A stretch of 64,000 nucleotides of DNA from Bacteroidia bacterium (GTDB lineage: Bacteria; Bacteroidota; Bacteroidia; Cytophagales; JAAEPT01): assembly GCA_030431525.1 (NCBI GenBank), contig JAUIJC010000001.1, positions 5,901 through 69,900 on the forward strand, read 5' to 3'. The notes below the pieces were generated by a model, which was not told where the DNA came from, did no database searches, and worked only from the letters and a program-made list of their open reading frames with translations. Of the stretch, positions 1 through 10,260 are shown in pieces (the stretch's first letter is position 1; the number at the start of each line of letters is the position of its first letter). The translations under genes were made by a program, and so were the position numbers.

Positions 1-84
1 ATGGCCAACGGCCAATTGGTAAATAAGAAGTTCGTCAAGCAATAAGAAGAACTTAGCGTTCAGACATTAGACCTTAGCTCCTGA

Positions 85-903
85 TTGGGGCTAAGGTCTT
101 TTTTATGCCTAATTTTGTGGCAAATGATGCAAAAACACTTCTACCTTATCCATATCCAATACCTCGGATTTCGGTTCCACGGCTACGCCAAACAGCCACA
201 GGTGAAAACCATCCAAGGCATGATCGACAAAACCATTCGGTTTATCCTTGGACCAGAGGTACCCTTCAAAACATTGGGTAGCGGGCGGACGGACGCCTTG
301 GTTTCTGCCAATCACATGGCCTTTGAATTATTCCTTCAACACCCCATTGACCAAGAGGAATTCTTGGAATTACTTAACCATAACTTCCCTGCCGATATCC
401 GAGCCTTGGAAATCGATGAGGTGGACGCTGAGTTTAACATCATTCAGAATCCAAAGACCAAGGAATACGTTTACCTCTTCGCCCACGGACAACAACATCA
501 CCCCTACAGCGCACCATTTATCCATACCTCCAAACAGCATTTGGATGTAGAACTGATGAAAGAAGGGGCACTACTTTTTGAGGGAAAACACCATTTCCGG
601 AGTTACTGCAAAAAACCAAGCGAGACAGGAAAATTTGAGCGTGAGGTATTAGTGAGTCGCATCGAGGAAAATACGGTACTAACGGCCAATTTCTTCCCTG
701 AACAGACCTATGCCTACCACATCCATTCCAAGGGGTTTATGCGCAACCAAATCCGCATGATGATGGGACAGCTCCTTCGTCTTGGCCGTGGGGAAACTGA
801 CTTGGAGGAAATAAAAAAATCCCTGAAACCAGACTACGACACACATTTGGATGCTGTCGCGCCAGCTTCAGGGCTGATGCTGAATAAAATTCGGTTTGAT
901 TGA
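85..903 (+). CDS. truA: tRNA pseudouridine(38-40) synthase TruA
   Basis: 272-aa ORF with a GSGRTDALV motif (catalytic Asp region of the TruA family) and overall TruA-like length and organisation. Confidence 0.8.
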   Translation: MGLRSFLCLILWQMMQKHFYLIHIQYLGFRFHGYAKQPQVKTIQGMIDKTIRFILGPEVPFKTLGSGRTDALVSANHMAFELFLQHPIDQEEFLELLNHNFPADIRALEIDEVDAEFNIIQNPKTKEYVYLFAHGQQHHPYSAPFIHTSKQHLDVELMKEGALLFEGKHHFRSYCKKPSETGKFEREVLVSRIEENTVLTANFFPEQTYAYHIHSKGFMRNQIRMMMGQLLRLGRGETDLEEIKKSLKPDYDTHLDAVAPASGLMLNKIRFD

Positions 904-985
904 TTGGGAGGGGGGTATTTGAATACGTCTGGTGTAAAACCCAACGCTACGGACAGCCGTTTTGGGCAGTTCATACCGTCAGATA

Positions 986-1900
986 TTATGCCCGACGAAC
1001 AGCAGCCCTCCTCGAAAACTTCCCATTAATTACAAACACCGCCATTATCCCCAAGAAACCTCCAAGGAGAGTATACCACTCAATGGTTTCATCAAGGAAG
1101 AACCAAGAGGAAAGCATCGCTCCGGCAGGAACCAAGAAGATATAAGTGCTCGCCTTCTCTGCTCCGATTTGCGTGGTCGCAAACAGGTAGGTGCACGTGG
1201 CAAAGGTGGAGTTGATAATGCCGAAATAAAGGATGTTCATCCAAAAGAGGCGGTCTCCGTTTTGGAGGATGCTCCCCACCTCTTGGAAATCCACCATAAA
1301 GGACATTCCTACGGACACCAACACATGTAACCAGAAGCTGAACGTCAGCGGGTGCCCGAAGTCCGTAGACTTTGAGCTGATCTTGCTCATGACCGCCCAA
1401 AGAAAAGCGGCCACCACGAAATAGAGGTTTCCTGTGGAAAAGATGACCTCAAAACTGTCCCACACTTTTAGCAAGGCACTACCCGCCACGACTCCGAGGG
1501 CAAGTCCGATATATTCAATTTTTTGTGGCGCCTTTCGGCTGATGAGCAAGCCCACCAAAAAGGCCAAAATGGGATTGAGCGTAGTCACCAAAACCCCTCC
1601 CGCTCCAGCAAATCCATGCTGAAGTCCTGTAAAGAACATCAAGCTGTAAAAGCCCAAAAAGAAACCCGCTCCCAACACATAGGGAATCCCCTTTCGGCTC
1701 ACATTCAAATCGATCTTCATTAGCTTGAGCGTAGGAAATAAGGCAAAAACCACCAGCCAAAAGCGGATGTAGGCGATGCTCAAAGCACTGCCATATTGAG
1801 AAAGCACCTTGGCCGACGACCAGCTTATCCCCCAAATCACCATGCTGACCAACATCAGGGTCACCAAGAGTTGTTCCTTACCTATGTTAAGTTTCTTCAT
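986..1900 (-). CDS. DMT/EamA-family membrane transporter
   Basis: 304-aa polytopic hydrophobic ORF with ~10 predicted TM helices and the two-repeat EamA-like architecture. Confidence 0.65.
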   Translation of the reverse strand: MKKLNIGKEQLLVTLMLVSMVIWGISWSSAKVLSQYGSALSIAYIRFWLVVFALFPTLKLMKIDLNVSRKGIPYVLGAGFFLGFYSLMFFTGLQHGFAGAGGVLVTTLNPILAFLVGLLISRKAPQKIEYIGLALGVVAGSALLKVWDSFEVIFSTGNLYFVVAAFLWAVMSKISSKSTDFGHPLTFSFWLHVLVSVGMSFMVDFQEVGSILQNGDRLFWMNILYFGIINSTFATCTYLFATTQIGAEKASTYIFLVPAGAMLSSWFFLDETIEWYTLLGGFLGIMAVFVINGKFSRRAAVRRA

Positions 1901-2040
1901 TTAAATGCTCGAACTTCATCGGGAGCAAAACCTCACCGTGATTCAGTTCGTTCGCCCAAGCACAAAAATACCCCCCGACAACTCATAAATAGCTATCGGG
2001 GGCTTCTTCATTTAATAATCAGTTTGTCTTACTTCTAAAA

Positions 2041-5000
2041 TCACCACTCCACCTTCTCCCACTCTGGGTTAAAGCCAGTTCCCGAATCAGCCACCGACTT
2101 CAACTCATTGTAAATCTCAGAATACAGGCGGGCTGGAATCTGCTCCAAGGCAAAAGTGTTTCCATCCTTGGGCTTGTCATACATATAGGAACCACGGGCT
2201 ACCAAACCCTTTTGGTGGAAGACCACATCATACAATGGCACGGAATCGTGCATGCTGTATCCCACACAATCGCCCAAGAAATTCAAATCAACGGAGATGC
2301 CGTGTCCTTCGATGTCCTTGTAGAAATCATAGAAGCAACCTGCATCCTGAACGCTTCCGCGGTTCCAACCCAACTTGAACAGTTTTGACTGCAAGGAAAG
2401 CGGGTTGATCATAAAGCCTTGGAAATCCAATAGCTTCTTCTCCCCTTTCTGCTCGTCCTTGATGCGATAAACAGGGCGGTGCAACTGCGGGAACGGCTGT
2501 TGAATATCATAATCTTCCAACTGTTCCTTCCAAGCCTCCAGCTCTTCCTCGGCCAATTCAATCGGGTGAACCATGCCTATGCGACAATCAGCAGGCAATT
2601 CAAACTCCTCGTCCTCCACATTGTTGAACGATCCGTCGTCCATATAGCGGAAAGCACCCACCAACTGGCCGTCCTCATAAATTCCCCAAACCAAACCTGT
2701 GGCAAAGGCCTGCATCAACGGGTTCTCTGCAAACAACTTCAGCCAGCTTTCTTTGGCCCACAAACGATTCTTCGCTAAGCCCTGCTCCAATCGCTCGCCT
2801 TGGGCCTTGACCTGCTCGCGGACATCCTTTTTCAATTGCTTGAAGAAATTGCTGGCAGAAGTTGCCTTCTCCTCATCATCTCCCTTTCCTGGCTTCGGCA
2901 GGCTCTTGAAGGTTTTCCCATTATCGTCCGCAATAGCCAAACTCAAATCGCCCCCCAAAGAAATGGTGAACTGACGCGGACCATAATCCAACACCAAGGT
3001 TCCATCTTGGGAGAAACCAAAGTCAGGAACAATGCGGTCCATCAACTCATCAGCTGTGATGCCCAATTCATTGGCGGCAACCTCCAAAGCATTGATCGCA
3101 GCATTCTTCACCTGTTTATGGCGTTCCTTTCGTCGCAAAAAATCCACGGCCTGCAAGGCTCTTGACGTCCCCATCAAAGCCATCGCATGAACATAGTTAG
3201 CAGCCATGGCGCCACGCCCCATGCCAGCCAATTCCTTGGCCGTAGTACGGAGTTTATCCACCAAGGCATCCCCTCCGAAGGCAGCCAAGAAGCCCAAGAC
3301 CCATTTGGTTTTTGACTCTCCATCCCAATGACCAAAGACGTCATTCGCCAAAGGTTTCAGACTATCCTCATGGATGAAATGGGCCAACTCAAGGGCTTCC
3401 TTATCCAAAGTCACCTGCTTGTTACGAGAGAACAGCTTAATCAATGCCTCCGAAACAGAAACAGGCACCTCACTTTTGTCATCCTTCCATTTCAAGCTTG
3501 GCAAGGCCTTATCCTTGAGCCAAGAAATCTTTTGGATGTCTGTGCCAGAGCGTTGTTTCAAAACTTTATCCACACGGGCCAAAACGGCCGAATTGGAATC
3601 AAGTGCAGAAACATCTTCATCACCCGAACCGGCAGTGGTGACAGAAAGGTTTTTTGATTGGAAATATTCGTTGATGGCAGAAACCACAGCCTTGCCTTTC
3701 TCTTGGTCAAGCTGAGCCTTCAACACCTCCACCACTTCTGGCTTATCAAAACGCATCAATAGGCGGACGCCTGATTCACGTGCCCCCTGCTTTTTGGCTT
3801 TCAGCAATTCCTTGGCATCCTCAAAACTGCTCTCCTCATCAGCCAAGCAATCGACTACTGCCCCACGAACTTTCTGGGAACCGTCACTGGCCATTTCCAG
3901 CAGGAATGACTTGTACTTATCACGGTCGATTTCCCAAAGCCAATGAACGCCGTTGAACTTGCCATCAACCGTTGAATTTCGAATGGCATTCAAACCCGCC
4001 TCATCATCATTCTCCAAAACAGTTTCAAACAAAGGTCGCTCTGGGTACTCATGGTGATCCATATAGCGCTCTACATCCAAATAGAGATTGGCCACCAATT
4101 CCTTATTGATGCCATAATCCTCCACTTTGGAAATCAGCTCCTCCGACTTGTTGTTGTGTACATTGAAGAGCTTTTCGAGGACATTCTTTCCAATAAAACT
4201 ACCCAACCAGTACAAGCGTCTTTTTTGTTCTTCGGGAAGGCTTTGTTCAATATTATCCAACATGAAGGAAGCAAAAGCAAGACGTTCCTTCATTTTGCGA
4301 CCGACAGCCAACAGGTCTTTCTCCAAGTCCTTGTCCTTCTCGCCCGTCAAAAAATAGTCTGCCCAGCGGTCGGCAATCACCTTTGCTTTGGGCAACATTT
4401 TAGAGATGTCATTGCCATAGGCCCTCAACCGTTCGCTGATGATTTTAGTGACAAAAGATTCATCGCGGATTTGAGCCAACACCCCATTAAGATTGTCATA
4501 CCCTTGATAGTAATATCGAGTACTCCCCCCATCATAAGGTGTCTGTAAAATCATTTGTTTGATGCGCGCCTCATTCCCCTCATAATCCAGCAGAAGTACC
4601 ATGCTCTCAAAATATTCTCGAACTGACCCTGATGAATTTGCCGACTCTTTTTGTAACGATGGAATGTCGAAAACCGTCAACTTTGGGGAAATGATTCTTG
4701 CCATCTCTGGTCTCAGGGCATCATCAGTATACTCAAAAAGGTGGTTAACAATCTCCATGGTTGGCACCCCTGCCTTCTGCAACAGCTCAAAACGATGCAA
4801 GACCTGTTCTTCAGAGCTAGCATGATGGACAAACACTCCCCAACTTGATTGGGAAACCACCAACGCATGGTGATAGATGCGCAACAGAATAGGATCCTCC
4901 TCGCTAACAAACTTATCCGTCAGCTTTTCGACCAGACGATCCCAATGCCAAAAATCCTTAGGAGTGGCAGGCTTTCGCCCCATAAGCTCATCAACATAGA

Positions 5001-5586
5001 CGGTCTGCTCAGGCTCCTCAATCCGATAGTCACTCAGGGCTTCCCTGATGACCTTTTCCTTATAATCATCAGTGTCATAATTTTTCGCAATCACCTCCTG
5101 AATCTTGGACTTGTAGTTTTTAAACAAGGTTTGTGATGCCTTGTAGTCCTTATCCTTGATATAGGCCTGTGCCATCACATCATAAGCCTCGTCATATTTC
5201 CCCAATGAATTAGCCACATGTGCCAAGGTGTCGAGGTTATGAGAAGTCTTTTGCAATTCCACAGACTTCTTGCTGTAGATATATGCATCCTCAAGTTGAA
5301 TAGCATTGAACTTCACCCAAGCATAGAGGTTGAAAAAATCACTGGCAATCCACCCTGAATCATGGGCAAGGGTATTCATCTCCTTTAAAAATGGTTTTGT
5401 AGCCTCCAAATACGCCTCCATTTCCCCCAAGTTATATAGGGCCGATGAGCGAAGATTGATAGCTCTGGCTCGACTATAACTATCAGTATTTTCCCCGTCT
5501 AAAAATGGTGTCAAGAGGTCAACAACTTCTTGATACTTCTGCTCTCCGTATGCTTTGTGTGCTTTTCTTAAAAGTGACCTACTCAT
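2041..5586 (-). CDS. large TPR + DUF4132 (MolR/YehI-like) protein
   Basis: 1181-aa ORF with N-terminal TPR-like helical repeats, a long alpha-helical middle and a conserved C-terminal domain (WGIYEDGQLVGAFRYMDDG...EFELP...). Last gene of the yeh-like array. Domain assignment is from memory, not from a search. Confidence 0.55.
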   Translation of the reverse strand: MSRSLLRKAHKAYGEQKYQEVVDLLTPFLDGENTDSYSRARAINLRSSALYNLGEMEAYLEATKPFLKEMNTLAHDSGWIASDFFNLYAWVKFNAIQLEDAYIYSKKSVELQKTSHNLDTLAHVANSLGKYDEAYDVMAQAYIKDKDYKASQTLFKNYKSKIQEVIAKNYDTDDYKEKVIREALSDYRIEEPEQTVYVDELMGRKPATPKDFWHWDRLVEKLTDKFVSEEDPILLRIYHHALVVSQSSWGVFVHHASSEEQVLHRFELLQKAGVPTMEIVNHLFEYTDDALRPEMARIISPKLTVFDIPSLQKESANSSGSVREYFESMVLLLDYEGNEARIKQMILQTPYDGGSTRYYYQGYDNLNGVLAQIRDESFVTKIISERLRAYGNDISKMLPKAKVIADRWADYFLTGEKDKDLEKDLLAVGRKMKERLAFASFMLDNIEQSLPEEQKRRLYWLGSFIGKNVLEKLFNVHNNKSEELISKVEDYGINKELVANLYLDVERYMDHHEYPERPLFETVLENDDEAGLNAIRNSTVDGKFNGVHWLWEIDRDKYKSFLLEMASDGSQKVRGAVVDCLADEESSFEDAKELLKAKKQGARESGVRLLMRFDKPEVVEVLKAQLDQEKGKAVVSAINEYFQSKNLSVTTAGSGDEDVSALDSNSAVLARVDKVLKQRSGTDIQKISWLKDKALPSLKWKDDKSEVPVSVSEALIKLFSRNKQVTLDKEALELAHFIHEDSLKPLANDVFGHWDGESKTKWVLGFLAAFGGDALVDKLRTTAKELAGMGRGAMAANYVHAMALMGTSRALQAVDFLRRKERHKQVKNAAINALEVAANELGITADELMDRIVPDFGFSQDGTLVLDYGPRQFTISLGGDLSLAIADDNGKTFKSLPKPGKGDDEEKATSASNFFKQLKKDVREQVKAQGERLEQGLAKNRLWAKESWLKLFAENPLMQAFATGLVWGIYEDGQLVGAFRYMDDGSFNNVEDEEFELPADCRIGMVHPIELAEEELEAWKEQLEDYDIQQPFPQLHRPVYRIKDEQKGEKKLLDFQGFMINPLSLQSKLFKLGWNRGSVQDAGCFYDFYKDIEGHGISVDLNFLGDCVGYSMHDSVPLYDVVFHQKGLVARGSYMYDKPKDGNTFALEQIPARLYSEIYNELKSVADSGTGFNPEWEKVEW

Positions 5587-5658
5587 GATTAAATATTTTT
5601 TTGTTCAAAACTCTGGGGCCTCTCCGCACTCAAAGTGCGAACCCAAAAAATGCTCTTT

Positions 5659-6240
5659 TTAGAACTGATAAAAGACTGTCTTCCCTCCCACCAAAATCTT
5701 GTTGTCATTCTTTAAACGCTCAATGCAGTTCTCGGCTTTTGCCTCATCGTAATCGAAGAAACGAGTGAGGGCATTTTGCAGGCCCAAAATTGTTTGCGGA
5801 CGACTCAGCATAGGTTGATCCTGCAACCAAGCCACCGCCTTTTCCATCCGATTGTTCGCCAATTCAGCTTGTGTTGGCTGATAATGCCATGAGCTGAACT
5901 TCCGCTCTTTCTGGGTCAAGGTCTGTAACAAACCCTTGAAAAATGGGTTTTTGGAAATGAGAACTACCTCAACGGCTGGATTCAATCGGGTGTCAATCCG
6001 ACCCAATGCAAAGGCGATATGCAGGGCCAAATTGTTCTCCTGAGTGCCATCCACTTTTATCCATTCCAACTGCTCGCCCAAGGGTTGCAACTCCTGAATC
6101 AAATCCAGTGAAACATGGTCCTGTTCCTCGGGAATAATGGCGATAACACGCTCTGCTTCTTCACGAAAATTGAACGGTACTTGGGACAACTCCTCGAATG
6201 GAAGTTGCTCGAAATCAATCAAAAAAACCTTCTTGTTCAT
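5659..6240 (-). CDS. hypothetical protein (yeh-like array member)
   Basis: ORF runs to 6360 but would overlap the upstream 94-aa ORF. An internal ATG (MNKKVFLIDF) at 6240 gives a 193-aa product. Co-directional with neighbours. Confidence 0.45.
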   Translation of the reverse strand: MNKKVFLIDFEQLPFEELSQVPFNFREEAERVIAIIPEEQDHVSLDLIQELQPLGEQLEWIKVDGTQENNLALHIAFALGRIDTRLNPAVEVVLISKNPFFKGLLQTLTQKERKFSSWHYQPTQAELANNRMEKAVAWLQDQPMLSRPQTILGLQNALTRFFDYDEAKAENCIERLKNDNKILVGGKTVFYQF

Positions 6241-6284
6241 TGTCTTAGAAAATATGAATTGGAATGAATTCCACTGGAGCTCTA

Positions 6285-6569
6285 TCAAGTCGCCTTGCGG
6301 ATTCCTTCCAAATAATAGCTCAACTGAAAATAGGCGTCGGCATAAACTTCCTTGGAACATGCAATGTCCCGACGAATCTTTTGCGCCTCCTCAGCCAATA
6401 TAGCCAACAATTCTGCGCCTTTGGTCAATCCAACCTGCTTACATTCCTTTTCAGACAGGTTTATCCGTTGTACCAAATCGGGCGTCAGGCTGGCGCTTCC
6501 TCCTAAAAGCATGTCTTCCAAGAGTCGGGAGGTTTTATCGATGATGATGGCGAGTTGTGGGTGTAGCAT
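6285..6569 (-). CDS. hypothetical small protein (94 aa)
   Basis: Intact ORF in operon orientation, located between the SWIM gene and the 193-aa gene. No recognisable motif. Confidence 0.3.
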   Translation of the reverse strand: MLHPQLAIIIDKTSRLLEDMLLGGSASLTPDLVQRINLSEKECKQVGLTKGAELLAILAEEAQKIRRDIACSKEVYADAYFQLSYYLEGIRKAT

Positions 6570-6630
6570 GGGGTTGAATTATCAAATAGGGTTTGAATGG
6601 TGGGTTAACACATCATGGATGAACGAATAG

Positions 6631-6730
6631 ATAGGATTTCATCCTATCCTGACATATTTCGCCCTTACAGGGCTGTGACGTGGTAGCCCTGTAAGGGCGA
6701 AATCCGTTAGCGTAGGGTAAAACCCTACGT
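6631..6730. repeat. composite intergenic palindromic element, copy A
   Basis: Small hairpin ATAGGAtttcaTCCTAT at 6631-6647, a 19-bp-stem hairpin ATTTCGCCCTTACAGGGCT/AGCCCTGTAAGGGCGAAAT at 6656-6703 with loop gtgacgtggt, and a third hairpin CGTAGGGtaaaaCCCTACG at 6711-6729. Confidence 0.8.
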
Positions 6731-6794
6731 ACGACGAACGCCATACATCCAAAACCATACACACAAACCACATCATCATATTCACACATCATTT

Positions 6795-8519
6795 TCATTC
6801 CACCCGCTCCCGAATCGTCCAATTCCGCACCAATCCACTCCCATACAAACCCGTAAAAGGAAAGAAAACCGCCTCGGTGCCATCATGGAAAACCCGCCCC
6901 ATAATCGCCTCAGGAAAGGCCTTGTTCTTATTCATTTTCTCCAAGGCATCAATCAGGCGTTTGGTCGCCTCTGAATAGCGAATCTTAATATCGATGTAAT
7001 CGTCCCGCTCATCAAAAATGGGCTGGGTAAAGACCTGCTCCACCGCATCGAAATTGGGCGTTCCCCAACCTTTTGGACGAAGAATCACTGGCATCGACTC
7101 TTCTGGTGTCAGACTGGGCAATAGACTGGACTGAACCGCCTTCCGCAAGGCACTCCAGTTGGTAAAACCAAACTCATGGGAAAGCCCTGAAACATCCGTA
7201 CTCTGGTAAATCAAAGCCTCGGTTTCCTGACTGGATGAAAGCCTTCGCTCACGGCTGACCTTTGGTGATTTCAGGTCGATGACCGAATGGGTGAGCATCC
7301 GCGCCTCCACATTCAATCCCCAAGGAGCAATCTGGTGAAAAGGCCTAAAGTTGAGTTTTTCGGCATACATGGTCGGCGAGGCTTGGGTGTAACTGAACCA
7401 CTTTTTGGTCCGTTGGTCCACGAAGTAATAGGTGATGCCCTGATAACCTGAGTTCGCCAACCAAGCCTCGGCACCCAAACCAGCCAACCTCAGGCTGGCC
7501 AAAGGCACGTAAGGGCTTTTATGCTCGCCCACCAATTGCGGGAGGTCGCCCTTGCCATGAACAAGCGCTTTTGCAGTCAAATAAAGCCGTTGCAACTGGC
7601 CTTGTATCCCTTGGGGCGTTACCGTCACCTTTTGCTTGAGGTAATCACCCAAGCTGGTTTCCACCCCACGGAGCTTTTTCTCAAGATTTGGCAAATCTGC
7701 ACTATGACAGGCCACGGCCAACTGCCCAGCACGGGGCGGAAGGCTCTCCGGCAAACGTGCCAAACCCATGCCCAGAATCTCGGTACAAAACGCCATAACA
7801 TCAGCCAACAATGGAAATGGAAGATCATAATCGCTTCCCTCAATCAACTCATCAGGATTCATCTCCCCTTGGTCGATGAGATAATGCGCCAAGGCCTCCA
7901 AACGGTGGTAACAAGTACCCTTGGCCTTGCAGGAACAAAGCGAGTTTTTCCATGGCTCCTGCGCAGGAAAAGCGCAGGTGATATTCTCGGCGGGAAAGCT
8001 GATTTGAAGCATGGCCTGCGGAACAATCTCGGCCCGTACACCAAAGGCATAGCGCATGGACAACAGCTTCAAGTCCTTGATATTCGCTTCTTCCTTCAAA
8101 CGTTTTTTGCCCAAAGCCAAGACCTCTGAAAAATCGACTTGAACAAGCTCTTCACCATTCGTTTCTTCCGCATTTCCTTCTTCCAGCCAATGCTCCTTTA
8201 AGTAGAGCAAGGCCATCATCCGATGCTTGCAAAATGTGCGTGACGGACAGGTACAGATGGACGCCTCAATGTCATCCGTGAACACACATTCCGTGGCATC
8301 GTCCCACTTCACGGCCACCTTTCCATCTCCCTCCGAGATTTCAGGAGCATCCATTTTTGCCAGCTCCTTTTGGGCACGCTTGTAAATGCCTTTGTTCGCT
8401 AACAGGATAAAGGCGTTTTCGTCAAGGGTTTGGAGGAAGGATTGGAAGGACATGGGAATTGACGTTACGGCTGTCACCTGCCAACAGCTGTAAGCTTTGG
8501 CGGGTGATAAAATCAACAA
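6795..8519 (-). CDS. SWIM zinc-finger protein (YehQ-like)
   Basis: Two CxCxnCxH SWIM signatures (CTCPSRTFCKH and CSCKAKGTCYH) in a 574-aa ORF. Confidence 0.7.
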   Translation of the reverse strand: MLILSPAKAYSCWQVTAVTSIPMSFQSFLQTLDENAFILLANKGIYKRAQKELAKMDAPEISEGDGKVAVKWDDATECVFTDDIEASICTCPSRTFCKHRMMALLYLKEHWLEEGNAEETNGEELVQVDFSEVLALGKKRLKEEANIKDLKLLSMRYAFGVRAEIVPQAMLQISFPAENITCAFPAQEPWKNSLCSCKAKGTCYHRLEALAHYLIDQGEMNPDELIEGSDYDLPFPLLADVMAFCTEILGMGLARLPESLPPRAGQLAVACHSADLPNLEKKLRGVETSLGDYLKQKVTVTPQGIQGQLQRLYLTAKALVHGKGDLPQLVGEHKSPYVPLASLRLAGLGAEAWLANSGYQGITYYFVDQRTKKWFSYTQASPTMYAEKLNFRPFHQIAPWGLNVEARMLTHSVIDLKSPKVSRERRLSSSQETEALIYQSTDVSGLSHEFGFTNWSALRKAVQSSLLPSLTPEESMPVILRPKGWGTPNFDAVEQVFTQPIFDERDDYIDIKIRYSEATKRLIDALEKMNKNKAFPEAIMGRVFHDGTEAVFFPFTGLYGSGLVRNWTIRERVE

Positions 8520-8528
8520 CTAATTCGG

Positions 8529-8795
8529 TTAGGAATTCTTTGGTGGCTTAAACTTCGGGGAATTCTCACTTCGTTTAGAACGCCTCTCAGTCATCAGATA
8601 AAGGCTTTCCACCTTCTCCCTCGCCCATGGCGTCGCCCGCAAAAACTTGAGGCTGGACTTGACGGATGGATTGCTCTGAAAACAGCGGATGGGAATTAGC
8701 TCGCCCAGTTCCTCCCAACCATAATGGGCAACGAGGTATTCGACAATATCGGCGAGCTTTACACCGTGGAGGGGGTTGTTGGGTTGGTCACTCAT
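8529..8795 (-). CDS. DUF2132/VF530-like small protein
   Basis: 88-aa ORF. N-terminal NNPLHGVKL...YGWEELG...IRCF...[19 protein letters not shown] is recalled as characteristic of the VF530 family. Not verified by search. Confidence 0.45.
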   Translation of the reverse strand: MSDQPNNPLHGVKLADIVEYLVAHYGWEELGELIPIRCFQSNPSVKSSLKFLRATPWAREKVESLYLMTERRSKRSENSPKFKPPKNS

Positions 8796-8805
8796 GGTTC
8801 TGGCG

Positions 8806-8899
8806 CAGGGGACAAGCCCCTACGTTACGGAATTCAGTTAATAATGGAAGAGTTACTGGTAGTCGCAACTCCGTAACGTAGGGCCTTGTGCCCTACGTC
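8806..8899. repeat. nested hairpin element (CCCTACGTTACGG ... CCGTAACGTAGGG)
   Basis: 13-bp perfect inverted repeat at 8818-8830 and 8871-8883 with a ~40-nt loop. Also AGGGGacaagCCCCT at 8806-8820 and ACGTAGGGCcttgtGCCCTACGT at 8877-8899. Confidence 0.7.
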
Positions 8900-8912
8900 T
8901 TAAAAGGACGCA

Positions 8913-10097
8913 TCAACTCCCCACAATCTCCCCAACCCATTCCGCCAAATGCTCCGGCGTCATGGCGCCAACCTCCGCACCAAGTTCGCGCATTTTTTCC
9001 GCCGCTTGTCGGTCATAGAATGGCTCAGCATCGGCATCCAAGGACGTCAGGAGTAGCAATTTAGCACCCGACTCAATGATGGACGAAGCACGGGCATACA
9101 TCTGGGCGTAGCCTCCTCCCTCATACAAGTCCGTCACCATCACCACGATGGAGCGCTGTGGCGTTTCCAACAAGGATTCGCAATAAGCCAAGGCCTTCTG
9201 GATGTTGGTTCCTCCGCCCAATTGGAAACTCATCAGAGTTTGGACGGGATCATCCAGATGGTCAGAAAGGTCCACCACATTGGTGTCAAACACATTAAGC
9301 TTTAGGCGAAGCTGGGGCAATGAGGCAAAGATACCAGCCATGATAGCACTGTGGATGGCAGAATCCAGCATACTTCCACTTTGGTCCACAGAAATGATGA
9401 AATCCCATGGTGTAAAGCGTTTCACCCGACCGTGGAAATACATGCGCTCCACCACCAGTCGGTTATTTTTAGCGTCCCAGTTCTTTAGGTTTTGACGCAC
9501 GGTGCGCTTAAAATCCAAGTTCCGAATGGATTTGACAGTGCTTGCCTTATTGCGGTCAATCTTCCCGAAAAAACTTAAACGGACTTGACTTTCCAATTTC
9601 TCACGCAGTTCACCCACCACCTTGGCCACAATGGTTCGTGCGGTTTCCAGCACCTCGCCCTTCATCAGGTGTTTCATTTGGAGGACAGTTTTCAACAAGT
9701 CCATATTCGGACTCATCTTTTCCAACACCTCCTTGTCAGTGAGCAGGTCGCGCATCTGGTACTTGTCCAAGGCATGGCGCTCCAAGATTTCCACCGTAGA
9801 TTTTGGGAACAGCTTGCGGACCTTGGTGATCCACTTGGGCACACTCAACTGACTGCCTCCCGTGCCTCCAGCCTTGTCCTGCTCGCCTTTCTTCTCACGC
9901 TCCTGATCCACACGAATGCCTCGCTCCTTGCCGTATTCCCGCCCATAGAGGTATTCCAACAATTCCTCCATTTGCTGATACTTGGAAGGCATGCCTTGAC
10001 CTTCGCCCTCTCCTTCGCCTTCAGCTTGCTGGAAATCCAAGGACTGCTCGGCGGACTTGCCGAGGACTAATCGCCAACGGTTTAGGGTGATGCTCAT
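8913..10097 (-). CDS. von Willebrand factor A domain protein (YehP-like)
   Basis: 394-aa ORF with MIDAS DxSxS motif (DQSGSM) and a vWA-like beta-alpha pattern (VFDTNVVDL...GGGTNIQKAL). Confidence 0.75.
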   Translation of the reverse strand: MSITLNRWRLVLGKSAEQSLDFQQAEGEGEGEGQGMPSKYQQMEELLEYLYGREYGKERGIRVDQEREKKGEQDKAGGTGGSQLSVPKWITKVRKLFPKSTVEILERHALDKYQMRDLLTDKEVLEKMSPNMDLLKTVLQMKHLMKGEVLETARTIVAKVVGELREKLESQVRLSFFGKIDRNKASTVKSIRNLDFKRTVRQNLKNWDAKNNRLVVERMYFHGRVKRFTPWDFIISVDQSGSMLDSAIHSAIMAGIFASLPQLRLKLNVFDTNVVDLSDHLDDPVQTLMSFQLGGGTNIQKALAYCESLLETPQRSIVVMVTDLYEGGGYAQMYARASSIIESGAKLLLLTSLDADAEPFYDRQAAEKMRELGAEVGAMTPEHLAEWVGEIVGS

Positions 10098-10125
10098 TGT
10101 GTTTTATTAATTCTTTGAATCGTGG

Positions 10126-10222
10126 ATTGTACCATGGTTTGTACCATGGATTTCATCCATGGCTAACATATTTCGCCCTTACAGGGCTATGACCTGAAAG
10201 CCCTGTAAGGGCGAAATATGTC
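10126..10222. repeat. composite intergenic palindromic element, copy B
   Basis: Tandem gtaccatgg x2, hairpin CCATGGAtttcaTCCATGG at 10143-10161, and the same large hairpin at 10167-10221 (ACATATTTCGCCCTTACAGGGCT...AGCCCTGTAAGGGCGAAATATGT) with loop atgacctgaa. Confidence 0.8.
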
Positions 10223-10260
10223 AACGATGGTCATTAGCCCGTCGAACTCAACCAAGACTG

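Noticed and set aside
1-45. 14-codon ORF ending at 45 (MANGQLVNKKFVKQ*)
   Set aside because: Too short to evaluate. It may be the 3' end of an upstream gene cut by the window edge, or noise.
903-986. Possible terminator between convergent truA and DMT transporter genes
   Set aside because: Only weak, imperfect hairpins (around GGTGTAAAACCC) and no convincing U-tract.
7521-8129. 202-aa plus-strand ORF
   Set aside because: Antisense within the SWIM zinc-finger gene. The minus-strand ORF has clear domain motifs.
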